64,000 bases of DNA, taken from Phoronis australis. Lineage: Eukaryota; Animalia; Phoronida. The notes below the pieces were generated by a model. The model ran no database searches and was not told the origin of the DNA. It saw nothing but the letters and a program-made list of their open reading frames with translations. The position numbers and the translations under genes are program-made. Shown piece after piece: positions 51,279-64,000 of this stretch; position 1 is the first letter of the stretch, and every line of letters starts with the position of its first letter. The stretch lies in assembly GCA_002633005.1 (NCBI GenBank), contig NMRA01000031.1, positions 897,553 through 961,552 of the forward strand, written 5' to 3'.

Positions 51279-52432
51279 TAAGGTGCTGTCTACAGCACCC
51301 TTTGGAATGATGCACTCAATTTGTGTACTTTGAATGAATTTGTTCAGGATGAAATTTCCTTGTCAGAGTATGCCTGTAATTTCATTCCATTGTTGTAAAA
51401 ATTCATCAGTTCATCGCATTATATGGCACAAAATTGGATTTTGTCAAATTTCTCCACAAGAAAGATTTTTAAGAAAAAAATCAGTGGCATAGTGTTTGGG
51501 GTACAGTTGTCGCTAAAACACAAAAAGGTTGAAAATTTGAGCTTTTGTTGCACATTACATACTTTTGAAAAATACTAAAATATCAATATTACTAATTATG
51601 GTAGAATCTCACCAATTTAGGACACAATTTGGCAGTCGAATGTAATTTTGTTTTTTTATTTTTTACAAAAGATGTGTAGCACAAAGTAAATATGTTATCA
51701 ATTTAATGTTCCATACCATACCAATGTTTTGAGAAATTGTGGATATTTGCAGCAATGTTTGAAGCCTTTGTTAATTTTGGTAATTAGTTTTGTCCAAAAT
51801 TCTGGGAGATTTTTGCAATATTTATGACCATAATTCGCTGAGTATTCCTTAATCAGAAGTGTTTTAACACATTAAAATGTGTTCGAAATGAAACTTAAAG
51901 CTACATTTTGCTGTTCAAGTGTACTAAAAAAGAAAATTGAATTAGGTCTTTACTCTCGTATAATTCCTCTTCATGACTGGAGACTATTACCATCACTAAC
52001 AACAACATACTATACCATCAGTGTCTCGAGAAAATGTTTCAGATACCTATTGGGGTTGTCCAACCCTAAAATTGCAGATTCAAAAGTGGCACATGTACTC
52101 ATTGCCTATAACTTGAGTTACTGGCTCTTTCGACAACAATTCAAGATGGCAAAAGGGTGGTATTGTTTTTGAACCCCAACTTTGGTTAAGAATTTAACAT
52201 TGACTGTGAAATTTGTTTTAATTTCTGGAAAATTTCTATCCAAGCATAAGGAAGATTTTGAAGTGGTTGTACCTTTGAAGACTAGATAAATTAGGTGCCT
52301 ATGTTGATCACCTGCTGCTCTTTGACTGAGATTTTCATTGCATTTCAGTATGCTGTCGTCTGCTTCTCAGTGATGTTGACGTGATGTAACCTCGTCCTCA
52401 TGTGAGCTCTCTTCCACTGGAGATGTGTATCA

Positions 52433-55400
52433 ATGGAGAATCCCCAAGGGACGTCTCCAAGGAGAGGCTACCTGGCCGACTCATTGGCTTTCAACTTGTT
52501 ACCTCGTAAAGACTACCTGAAGGAATACAGAGAAAAATATGGCAAGAAGAGTACGCTGGGTGAAAATAGTGCGACCCCTGCTGGATCAGGGACTGCAACC
52601 TCTGCTGGTCCAGGGGTCACAACCTCTTCTGATAAAACGTGTGAATTGATAGCCAAGTATTTAAAAAAGGATTACCCATTGCTGTTCCGAAAAGATGCAC
52701 TTAAGTCGGACCATTCTGTTGACAACTCCATAAATGTATCGCCAAACTCCCGCACGGCTGCTGTACTGACAAACCCAGACATTGTGAGATATCTTGGAGG
52801 CACAGCTAATGGAGAACGCATCTCTCCTAGGCAGCTGTCAAGATCGCGTCAGTTGTCGTCCAGCGTTACTGACTTGTCCAAGCCTGCCTGGAATGACCAG
52901 AGCAGCAGTATCCAGTGTGATGAAGATGGCCAGTCAACACACTGGTCCTCGCACATCCCAACTTTTGATGAATTTAAGTTAATGAAGAAATCTGACCAGA
53001 TTGGCATCTTCGTAGGGGAAGCGGACGCCATCAGAAACACGTCTCCTCCTCCTGCTCCGTCCAACTTAAGGAGAGTGTCGTCAGAATTATGTTTACTCGC
53101 AAAAACAAACTCTCCTAAAGAGAATGAAGCTCCATTTGTTTCCTCGTATGCTCAGTCTTCATTTGAAACTCACGCTCAGACCTCCAATCCAACTAAACCA
53201 AAGATCATGACAAGGTGCCACAGCGACGTGTCTGCCGATAAGTATGCTAAAAAGACTGGAAGTAAGAAACGGCGAAGCGTTGATGGTGGTGATTCCAGTC
53301 AGACTACAGGGTTACCAGCAAGAGCAATTGAAGAAATAGATGATTTTGGGAAGACGTACGTCATTGAGAAACCTAAGAAACACAGAGAAACGAGCAAACA
53401 AAGTAGAAAGTCTTCTTCTCCGATAGATTCTTCCAGAGAAAAACGGGAAAAAAGCAGACGGAAAAGACGAGAGACAAATGATGAGGTTTGCGAGACTAGT
53501 AGTGTTGGCAACCAAATGCCTGATGACTCTGAACAAAACATGCACAGGTCGAGTCGAACACGTGAACGAAAACACAAAGATGTTGAAAAACAACAAACTG
53601 GGCATAAGTCCAAGTCCAGGTCGGATAGGATTAAAGAGCGTCGCAGATCACGGTCTGTTCTTGCTGAGGAGAAGAAAACTGCCAAAAGTCCTTCTGATAC
53701 ATCGACCAGCTGTGCTAGTACTTCTGTATGTGGCAGTAGTGACAAGTCCACCAGTCATGCTAAATCACAACTCCTGGTAATTATTGTCAGTGTTACCCGA
53801 GAAATTCTCCAATTTGGGACTCTGAAGTCAAAGAGCTGAACTTGAATTTTTCTTGATTCTGAAATTTGGGATGCAGTGATTTTTGCTTTATCTCATTTCT
53901 CAAACTTTTCACAGTGCTCATTTTGCATTAATGGTCTGAAAATATAAGTGGAAGTTCATGAGAGGAGTGTAAGTTTGGACGTAGGTAAATTGGCCATCGT
54001 TCCCATAATTTAGGGTGGTCGATATCGGTCTTACTGTGAGCATAATTATTCTATGGATTTGAAGATTCAGTGGTTCAGACATGGCCGACTTCATTGCTGC
54101 CAATAATTTTTTCTTACGGACAAGTGTATTTATTTATTTATTCAAATACAAACATTCATTGTACTGTTCATCAGTGCTAGGTAATTTCTTGCATCGTGTT
54201 TTTTGACATTTTTCTTGCACAGGATTCATCAGAAATTAAGAAAGAAGCACAGACAAACCCAAAGGACACTACATCGTCCCCTGAGGAAATTAGTAAGTTC
54301 CCTTCTTGGTATATCTGTTTCTTTAGTACTAAGATTTGGTAGTAGCGTTTTCTAGTTTTATCGTTTATCCAACACTGTGCTTTCCAGTCTTTTCGTATCT
54401 CCTCTCAAGAAAATCCGGACATCTTGTTACCCTTTTTGAGAAAATCAAGAGGATTGACACCCTTTCAGGAGCTGTGGCAATTATTAAAAAATCACAAGCC
54501 TCCTGCCTGAATCAGAACGGCTGGCAATTGACCTTTCACCAGGATTTTGAGTGACGGCTTAACTGACCAATTAGAATGCAACATTTTTGACACACCTTCA
54601 TTTCCTAGCCGCCATTTTACCCAACAAACCACACATTACTGGGTAAAACTTATTGTTTGTTTGTCGACATTTCGCAAGGGGGCGGAGCTTGCGATATGAC
54701 AGTTTTGCAGCTTTTATAAAATAATTGTCTCTACAGGATTTGTACAGCTCCTATTTCCCCTACTTTTTAAAGTATGTCCTACTCTTCCTGCTTTTTCTGT
54801 CAATTCCTACTTTTTGAAAATTGTGTAAAAGAAAAATTCCTACTTCATTTGATCTTTACCTATTTTCATCGTCACTGGCTCCAAATTCGGTTCTATAACT
54901 GGAAATTTTCATATGTATGAGATGTAAAATCATTTGAAGGTGCATTTTTGTCTCATTGATTGTCAATTCATAATAAAAAATGCCAAACTGTCTTCATTAC
55001 AAGTCCAAAATGATTGATGGGAAGATGTCGGATGGAGATTCACACAAATACGTATCTAGTGGGTCTTCTTTTCTCTTCCAACCTTTAGTTAGTAAATACT
55101 GATATTTATTATGTTACATGTACTATTAGGCTCAGTAATTAATATGCGTAAGTATTCCTACGTTTTGTCAAGATTTTCCTACTTTTTCGTAAGATGTCTG
55201 TATGAACCATGTCTCTGTTGCTTCCCCCATTTGACTCTTGCTATATTTTCTGAGAACAGGCTGCAGTTTCCCCCATTTGACTCTCAGTATATTCTCTGAA
55301 AACAGACTGGTGCTTCTCCCCATTTGACTCTCAGTATATTCTTTGAGAGCAGACTGGTGTTTCCCCCATTTGACTCTCAGTATATTCTCTGAGAACAAAT

Positions 55401-58400
55401 TGGTGTTTCTCCCCATTTGACTCTCAGTATATTTTTTGAAAACATACTGGTGCTTCCCACATTTGACTCTCAGTATATTCTCTGAGAACAGGGTGGTGCT
55501 TCTCCCCACTTGACTCTCAGTACATTCTCTCAAAACAGACTGTTGCTTACCCCCATTTGACTCTCTGAGAAGAGACTGCCATGTTTCAGTTACTGAAAGA
55601 TACTGATTGTCATAGGAATATTGGCAAACGTCCAGCAGGTTGACACTGATGACGTCCTCAGACAGTACGCACTTGTCTGTTGTGATTAATTGGATGTCGA
55701 CCGATGTCATGTCATTCATCTTGTTCATATGCGAGCAAAGACGCTGGCTGTTCTTCCGTGTTATGAAGGCTACCCCTAAAATGGTACTTGTGTGAAAGTT
55801 TGAAACAGAATTTGCTTTTTTGTCTAAACCATTCTGTATGAAGACTTCACCAGAAGCCAGGTTGTTCGGTGCATGGGAACACTAATAGTTTGATCAGAGG
55901 AAACTGACTTGTCTGTTGACAGAGCGGCATGTGTAAAGACTGCATTGCTCGTGTGAACACCGCATAACTTTACACAAATCTTCTAGCCTGTCAAGTCCAG
56001 GATTCGTCAGAAGAGTTACTTCAAGAAAGGTTCAGGCAACACATCAGCATGCACTCTACGCGAGAGGACATCCTTGGTTACCTCGACGACCTCAAGAGGA
56101 GTGGTCTACTGACTGTGGACGACTGTAGCAGTGTACAGAGTTCAGAAGAGTGGTTTGACGAGAGTCTGCAACTGCAGGTACTGTTTAGGTGTTCATGGTA
56201 AAATCCATCTGATTTAGATAGAATATGATAGTTAAGATGTTAAATTTTATGTTTTTACTTAATTTGTTTCATTTACAGGACTCGGCCTTAACTTTTTTGA
56301 CTGGACACCCACTTGTAAGTTTACTTCAATTCAATTTGTCTGAATCCAAAATGAGCTTGTCCAAAATTTTCAAAAAATAAATATGTTTGAAAATTTATTC
56401 ATTTTGTCTTGCAGTTAAGGCACATCGCCCTATCCTTAAACAAGTATTGAAAAGTTTCCACGGCCGCTTATTGGGCACAAAATTCCTTTTCCAACTGAAT
56501 TCATAATCCTTCCTACCTTGCACTATCTTCACTCTTAAGTGTTTAGGTCATAATTTATTCGATACTTGTGATGAACGTGAATTTTTTACAAACAAAAATT
56601 CCCTGTACTATGATATTTACTGCTTAGAAATATTTCTTGGCAATCACAAGACTGATTTCCGTTTGCTCAGCGAAGATATTCAGTCTCTGTGTTCTAAATT
56701 TGATCAACTTCAGGCTATTTTGCGAAGTTCAAAAAACAAACTTTTGCTGTTTGACTGCATCTGCTTACAGGAAATAGAGCCTGTCGAATGCTTAGAGACA
56801 CTTCGATGACTTCTTGTATGACTTTGTTCCAACCATCTCAAAGTTAATTGCTAAAAAACGGTGACATTTTGATAGCTGGCGACTTCAATGTCAATTTACT
56901 ACAAACTTTCAATAATACAAAATTTGGTAATTTTTTGACCAAATGTTAAACCTCTCTATTCTTTCTAAGATAACCTTTCCTTCTCGTCTTACCAACAACA
57001 CGTGTACTCTTGTTGATCAAATTATACAAAATTCTCTCCTACCATGAACATGTCGGAGACTTGTATACTGTTAAGTAATTTATCAAACCATTTCCCCATA
57101 TTTTTGTCTCTCAATATTAATAACAAAAATAAACCTCATCAACCTAAATTTAGTCAGATAAAGTCACAGTCAAAAAATCTCATGCCAATTTTAAAACTGA
57201 TTTGGCTTCAATTGACTTTGAGTCAGTATGAGATAACAATTTGTCTCAAAATCCTTACACCAATTATAGTCACTTAAGAACAATTATTTTAGATTTCATA
57301 AATAAACATTTTCACTCCAAAACCAAACGTTTCAACTACCATAAACATAAACTCAATGACCGGATTACATTTGGTATATTAAAATCAATAAAAGTGCAAG
57401 ACAAAATCTATAAAAATGAAGACCACACCTCCTGATTCTATTTTTTCTCACATTTACTCAATAAAACTGCCAAATTATAACAGCATACGTAATTCTGTAA
57501 TAAAAGAGGCCAACCGTATGTACTATGAAAAACAGTTCAAGCAGCACAAAAATGATATTCGCCAAACTTGGCAAGTCATCAAAAATGTAATTTCGAACTC
57601 ATCCTTCAGAACTGTTCTCCCTCGGTTTATTACCTCTACTACATCTGGACATATTACTGGCAAACAGAAAATAGCTGATCAGTTCAACAACAGTTTTATT
57701 AACATTGGTAAGAATGTGGCTTCCCAAATACCGATATGCAATGAACATTTCGAAAATTATCTTCACGGTTCCCCTGACTCTATCTTAAAGTTAAAAACCG
57801 TTGCTGACGACAAAGTACTGAATTCAATGAAAAATCTAGAATCCAAATCCGCTACAGACAGTGATGGCCTGTCGTGTTCATTTATCAAACAACTTGTTAT
57901 GCAAACCAATCCCTACTCACACATATTTTCCCGGATGGTTTGAAGGTATAGCTAAGGTAATCCCTATTTATAAAGATAATGACACTGACAGTGACTCTCT
58001 TGTTAACTACAGACCAATATCTATTCTACTTACAATTTCCAAAGTTTTGAAAAAATGTTCATGATCAAGTCTATTCTTATTTTTCTCATAACAATCTTCT
58101 GTATAAGTCCCAGTATGGTTTCAGACCCAACCAATCTACTGAACTTGCGGCTACTGAATTTGTACACTCTCTTTACCAAAACTTAGACAAAGGTTTGAAC
58201 CCAGTTTTGGTATTCATGGATCTTTCTAAAGCCTTTGATACCATTGATCTCGATATCCTCCTGAAAAAAATAAAACATTAAGAGCTTTCTAATAGTGAAT
58301 TTTCTTGGTTTCAAAGCTTCCTTGAAAATAGAAAGCGGCTCGTCTTGATACTGTCATTTCGTCCCAACTTGACATTTCTGCAGGTGTTCCACTGGTATCT

Positions 58401-61400
58401 ATTCCAGGTCCTCTCCTAATTTTAATCTAAGTACCATAAATGACATCACCTTCTCTAGCAAGGCACTTGCCTGTTATTTCCTTTCCATGTTAACAAAAGT
58501 CAGCTTCAACGATCAAACCATCAGAATTAATAATACCCTACAAGATGTTTTTGATTGGCTAAATACCAATGAGTTATGGCTCAACACAAGCAAAACTAAA
58601 TTTATGCTATTTCGATTTCAAAAAAATCAGCGAAGGTGACATCCCTCTAATCAAAATCAACAATGAACTTATTAACAAGAGTTGAAAATTTAAAATTTTT
58701 TGGGATTTTCGTAGACAGTCATCTTTCCTGGAACAAGCATGTTCAGGAAATTTCTAACAAAATTGCGAAAACTCATGGGCATCGTCTCCGTACTGAAAAA
58801 CTATTTTCCCAAACACACACTCCTGATGACATACAATGCTCTTACACTATTACATCTATGTTTTGGTATAACACTATGGGGGTTCAATAATTGTACGAGA
58901 TTGAAACTTCTGCAGAATAAAAGCTTTGAGAAATGTTACCAATTCTTTGCTGTTTTCACACACAAAACCAGTTTGTAAGGAAATCAAAACACTTCTTCTT
59001 TACGACATGTAAACCAAGCTTGTCTAAAATTCTTTTACAAATTCAAACATAATCAATTTCCTATTTACCCCTTTATGATAACAATGTTTTCTAATCCCAT
59101 CAGTCACCATGAGATCTTTCTAGAATATGAAGTCAACACCCTGTCCTAAAACTGCAATCCTACAACAGAAAAACCTGTGAAAATTCCTTAGTGTTCAAAA
59201 TACCGAATCTAATAAACAACTGTATCCTTTTGAGATATGTAACAGACAAAATCGACACGCACAGTTTACATGGGTTCTCCTTGTATTTAAAGAATTACTT
59301 AATAAGCACTTACAGTTCTCAGTGTAACGTTCTACATTGTTATGCATGTTCTAATTGAAGTAACATGTGATCACCTGCCTAACATCTTAGTCATATGCTT
59401 TTCTAACGGTGCGGTCTCCCTTGTACCAATAGTCTCTGTGTTTTATTCTTAGTAAAAGACATTAATTTACATTTTAAATAAACTTGCATTGTATCTTCTT
59501 TCATTATAGATGTACTTATTTCTGTTCTTATTTATTTTTGTTCTTCTTAATTGTTAATATCTTTTTAATTTATTGTTACTCGGTGGTAAGCTATTAGCGG
59601 CCCGTGCCTTTGCTGGCCACCCAGCCATATATCAATGTATGTTTTATGTGATTTAAAAAAATAAAGATTTTTCTCTCTCTTTCATTGGCAGGATCATTAG
59701 CACTTTTTAAAATGATGTGTCATTGTACTCGAAGACCTTACGTAAACAGAGCAGACTGATAAAAAAATGTCGTATGTCGTTGATGTGACAGAAGATGGGA
59801 ATTTGGAAAATGTCCAAGATTTACTGCAATTGTTGTTAACCAATCATGTTAATTAGTTTGCTTATTCGTAACTTTCTTGAAGTGATTGGCTGGCGGCCAC
59901 CCTACAGCCTAGGGCTGAATAAAATGAGCTGATGACATTGATCTGACTGAAGTCATAACATGTGGTTGAAGTCATGTGACATCCCCAGCATGTTGCAAGT
60001 GTCTGTCATCATGTACTATATTACATGGACTGCCAACTCGATATACTAACTTTTAATGGACGAAATCTGTGCTATTACAGAAGCAATGACGTCATTATTC
60101 ACTAGCAACACCTGGCGTGCGTTTAGTAGACGCTAGGACCTACACTAGGACCTATCTAAAATCTAGTCAAGGTCACGTGTTCTCATTTAAAATACACGGC
60201 AATATCTCACGTAATCTCACGAAGTCTTGCTTTTTAGCGAGGTCCTAGCATTACTAAATGGGAGGCTGTCCAAATTTTCTGGTGTTATTTCCGGCAAGCA
60301 CGTCGTCTGCTGATCATGGTTGGCTTGTTGTGTCGTCACAATACACTACTAAACCGGAAACTGAAACAGATAATTTAGGAGAGAGTGGTGCCTCCTCTAG
60401 GATAGTACACAAGAAAATATTGGAGTTCCGAATCTGTTGTCTATAATCTATGGTTGCATGTAGTTTACTCATTTCAAGTTTTTTAACACCTTGTACGTTG
60501 CATAAGGGTTATAGAAAGTATTTTGTGCTTGGATGTATCCAAGATTGGATTAACTAAAGCACACGGTGATGAAAATTTTTCGGTTGTCCCACAAAATTGT
60601 ACAGTCATTAATGTGGAGAACTAATGATATATAGCACTAAAGTAGTGCTTTATCATGTTCAAAGTTTGAACCATTAGCTACCATTAGACATTGGTATTTT
60701 GAAAATAATGGACATTCACACCATTGTTAAAAAAGCTTTTGAAAATTAAATCTGGACAATTTTGGCAACTATTTTGTGTTGTTTTGCGTAAGTGAAAGGT
60801 GTTATTTTTTTGCAATACTTAGACATTTTCAGTATCACCACTTTATTCAACGGTAGGCCCCAATTCTCAATTATTTTCATAATTTTGGAAATTAGTGTGA
60901 TGAGTAACCTTAAAACACTATTCAAATTAGGCAACAATAAACACCCGTGAGTGTTCCAAAGTCATCCAAAATGTTCCTTAATGATAACAGGAATGTCTGT
61001 GTTTGACTCGTGTCATCTGTTGTTAATCGTGTGTCCTCTACTACATTGCACAGGGACCCAAGACAGGAATAAGACGACACAAGTCAACCAACACAAGTTT
61101 TGCCAGCACTTCCAGTACTGTCTCTAGTTGCACTGGCACTCACAAACAGGTAACAGACATCACGTACATGTACCTGCGACAAAAACAACGGTTTTTTTCA
61201 TTGCATCAGTTCAAAATTAGTTACATTACCACTTTTTCTGCAGAAACTTTTCGCGCCTAACTTCTATATGCACTGCCACTAGTGTCAGTAGGCGATGTGT
61301 TCACATTTTTAAAGAAAATGCACTTTGTGTTATTGTCATCTACGAATCTCTAAGTGATCTTAAAGCCTAACTTCAACGGAATTTTGTCATTTTAGATGTA

Positions 61401-62733
61401 TTGGGCTAACCAGATAGTCCTAGCAAAGTAAATTGTGAAGCTTGAGAGCATGGTGAACAAATTTTAGAAGTGAGGTATCTGGAGTTCTCAGTTTCAGTTA
61501 GCAGAATGGGGTCAAAGGTCGACAGTGTTTTGCTGCAGTTGTTCTTGCAGTTGTACCTCTAAAGTAACATGTTCTGGTGCTTAAGTTATTCAGTTTTGTT
61601 TTGCTTATCTTATAATTTTGTGATGAAATCTAGCCAAACTTCTCTTCTCTGTGTTAAGTTTTAGGAGATCGGTGATGTGTTATTTAGATGACTTATGTTG
61701 AACTAAAGGTGGTCAATTTCAATCACAGATTTGTGTTTCATATGGTTACAGGGTGGTATGAAAGGGACTGACATAGAGAGAGTGGATAGTGGGGTGGGCT
61801 CTGAGACACGAGCTAAACCTCATGTCCGTCTGAACGAGGTCGACTCTCAGGTGAGTTGAGGTATAGTATATAGTGAAGAGTGATTCAAAGTGACTTCTGT
61901 TTTCCATACATATGTTAATTAGTTGCTGCTTTTCAAGAACAACATGAAATCACTACTTTTCTAAAACTTAATTTAGAGTTAACTACCATACGTTTACGAA
62001 AAATATCAAAATTGTCATTGTGGCAAATCAGGATCGTGCCATAAGCCCACCATTGTTACTTTGCTTAGTTGGCCCTGGGTCTAATCTTAGAAATCGAACT
62101 CAAAGTTATTTTGACAAATCAATTAATGCGCGAACCCCAGACGAGTGTCTATAATTCTGTGCTCGTGTGTTAGTTTTGGTTTATGTGGATGATTGTTCGA
62201 TCTATATTTGCACTAGATGACCTCGTAGCATGAAAGCTCTGAGTTTGAAACTGCAAAACTCGAAAACGTGCTCGAGTTTGTAGCTCAAATCTCGGGTTCA
62301 TCAAATGCAAACTTAAAATAGACACTCATCTGTATTTACATAGCACAGAAACATATAGACGCTTATTTTCAGTTCATATTAAAGTAAAACAGAAAACATG
62401 AACAATAATTTTGAGTTTGATTTTGAGTTTTGAGATTAAAGACCATGTCCAGATGCTACGTGGCAGTTGTATTACATCTCCCCTTACTGGAGGATATGCA
62501 ACACCTGTGACGGGGGGTGCTCTATATCATGGCTCTTCTCACTGCAGGGTATTGTGTGTGAAGATTGTGACAAGGTAATCAAGACAGGTGGAGAGTCTGT
62601 AGAGGATGAACACCTGCTGTCTTACTACGTGTGCCCCAGGTGTGAGGCCAAACGAGTAGAGAGGAGCGAGGCTATACGTGAGATCGTTGACACGGAACTC
62701 AGTTATGGACGGGATCTTCAGATTATTAGAGAG
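52433..62733 (+). CDS. Dbl-homology (RhoGEF) protein, 5' part, continues beyond the window; exons 52433-53776, 54223-54292, 55987-56177, 61054-61149, 61752-61850, 62548-62733
   Basis: Large S/K/R-rich first coding exon (448 codons) and five small GT-AG exons in compatible phase; last exon CEDC..CPRC-EAKRVERSEAIREIVDTELSYGRDLQIIRE matches the first helix of a DH domain (R..aI.Ei..TE..Y..dL). Confidence 0.8.
55210..55580 (+). repeat. 46-47-bp minisatellite x8 in RhoGEF intron
   Basis: Unit TTCTCCCCATTTGACTCTCAGTATATTCTCTGAGAACAGACTGGTGC; CA(T/C)TTGACTC at ~55228, 55274, 55321, 55367, 55414, 55460, 55507 and 55554. Confidence 0.9.
56420..59682 (+). mobile_element. Degenerate CR1/L2-group LINE (APE endonuclease + reverse transcriptase) in RhoGEF intron
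   Basis: FDCICLQE, ILIAGDFNVNLL (APE); NYRPISILLTISKV, SQYGFRPNQSTELA, VFMDLSKAFDTID, KFFGIFVDSHLSWNKHV (RT); many frameshifts; 3' end AATAAA followed by a (CT)n tail at ~59660-59680. Confidence 0.9.
60115..60266. mobile_element. Short MITE-like inverted repeat
   Basis: GTTTAGTAGACGCTAGGACCT ... AGGTCCTAGCATTACTAAAT. Confidence 0.5.
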
Positions 62734-64000
62734 GTAAGTTTGTTCGGCGTGATTTTGCATTTCTTGATATCGATCAAAAACCATCAGGTGTCCATAATAC
62801 TTCAGTTTTTATTCAGTTGTTTGCTTAAAATAAAAGTATTTGTTTAGGATGTCAGAAAAACTAATACTGAATTTGAATTAAACATTTAAAGGAAAGTTTG
62901 TCTCAGCTGACCGATCTAGGGTGTTACATTGAACTATGACTAAATTTCAACAAAAATGTTTATTTCGGTGACAAAACTTCGACGAAACTGACATGCTTGC
63001 AAGAAGCTCTTCCAAGTTTGATGGTTGAAGTCTGTCTAGTTGTATTGAAAGCTAATGTATATTTCAATTGCCTCCTCATGTACAAATTTTATCCTTAGGG
63101 CAAATGAGTTTAGGAAATCCAGCAAAAACTCATGACTACCCTTTACTTATTACTACTACTACTTGGTTATGCATAACTATGGCATGAATAACTTGTGATA
63201 CAATGGTGTCAGGTATTGATTTTCAAATATAACAACACTCCTACCTGCAGTATGTCTTTGGATTACTGGCTGGGACACATGTATTATTTTATCTTCTGTC
63301 AATTGGACGAAATCAGTTTTAAAAAACCCTCCAGCTTATTGCATGTTTATGCTAATTCTAGACACTGTCACCTACGGCATTATGAAGTTAGAAATAAACA
63401 AGAAAATTAGTTTGGTAAATATTTTTTGTTTTCAATATTATTAAACAAACTACATGGTTAGCTGTCAAACAGGAATATACCAATTAATATACCAGTTTAA
63501 GTGAAAAATTGGAGAATTTGACCCAAGTATAATTAAACAGCAACATGGGGAGTATCAATGAATTATGTAGATGAACTCACAAAAATAGTAAACAAAGTTT
63601 TTTTAACAAGAATGCCAAATTAGTTATTTTAGTGTTCTGTTTGTAATTTCTCATAATCTACAAGTCAGAGTATGTTATAAGCCAATAATAGATTAAAAAT
63701 TGAAGAAACAACTAAAAGTTGTGCATTATATGCTATTATTATCAGATTCAGTATTCAAATTACTCAAGTGATGGATTTGGATGTTTTTAAATTGCCATAA
63801 AGTTCCCTAACACTTTTAATCGCCAAAATAAACATTTTTCCACTTTCAAAAGCTAACTATATTGTTAAAAATGCTTGAACTTCATTTTGTGTTTGTTGAT
63901 GACAGTTGTACAACATAAACTTTGGAAACGACAAAGTTAAGTTTTCTTGTGTATACTTTTGTTGTAACATTGAAAAAAAGCTTTCTCACTGTTCCACCAT

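Noticed and set aside
53299-53780. Overlapping antisense and alternate-frame ORFs in the large RhoGEF exon
   Set aside because: Shadow ORFs of a low-complexity coding exon
55168-55728. 186-aa minus-strand ORF with repeating FSENILRVKWGK
   Set aside because: Translation of the minisatellite, antisense to the RhoGEF intron

Overview
Intron-rich animal (invertebrate, probably lophotrochozoan; this is inference) genomic DNA, not prokaryotic. GT-AG sites and reading frame support four spliced genes: a two-finger C2H2 zinc-finger gene (-, 7385..1607), CHMP5/Vps60 (+, 12797..20580, 6 exons), ICA1/ICA69 (-, 37210..24345, 12 coding exons) and the 5' part of a Dbl-family RhoGEF gene (+, from 52433, running off the window). 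Introns and spacers hold many TE relics: two inverted TTAA-flanked Kolobok-like elements with a THAP remnant, a hAT-like element with a 5-bp TSD, a Gypsy RNaseH-integrase fragment, a CR1/L2-group LINE, Harbinger- and MULE-like MITEs, foldbacks and a Penelope-like inverted repeat with a hammerhead-like motif. A 418-bp duplication at the single N (6180) looks like an assembly artefact. The most striking unexplained pattern is that unrelated minisatellites are built from copies of the host gene's own splice sites (CHMP5 exon-5 acceptor x6, ICA1 exon-10 donor ~x10, ICA1 exon-3 donor x3). Most decoy sites would give an immediate premature stop and one would give an in-frame 62-aa extension. All exon models are read by eye and lack transcript support.
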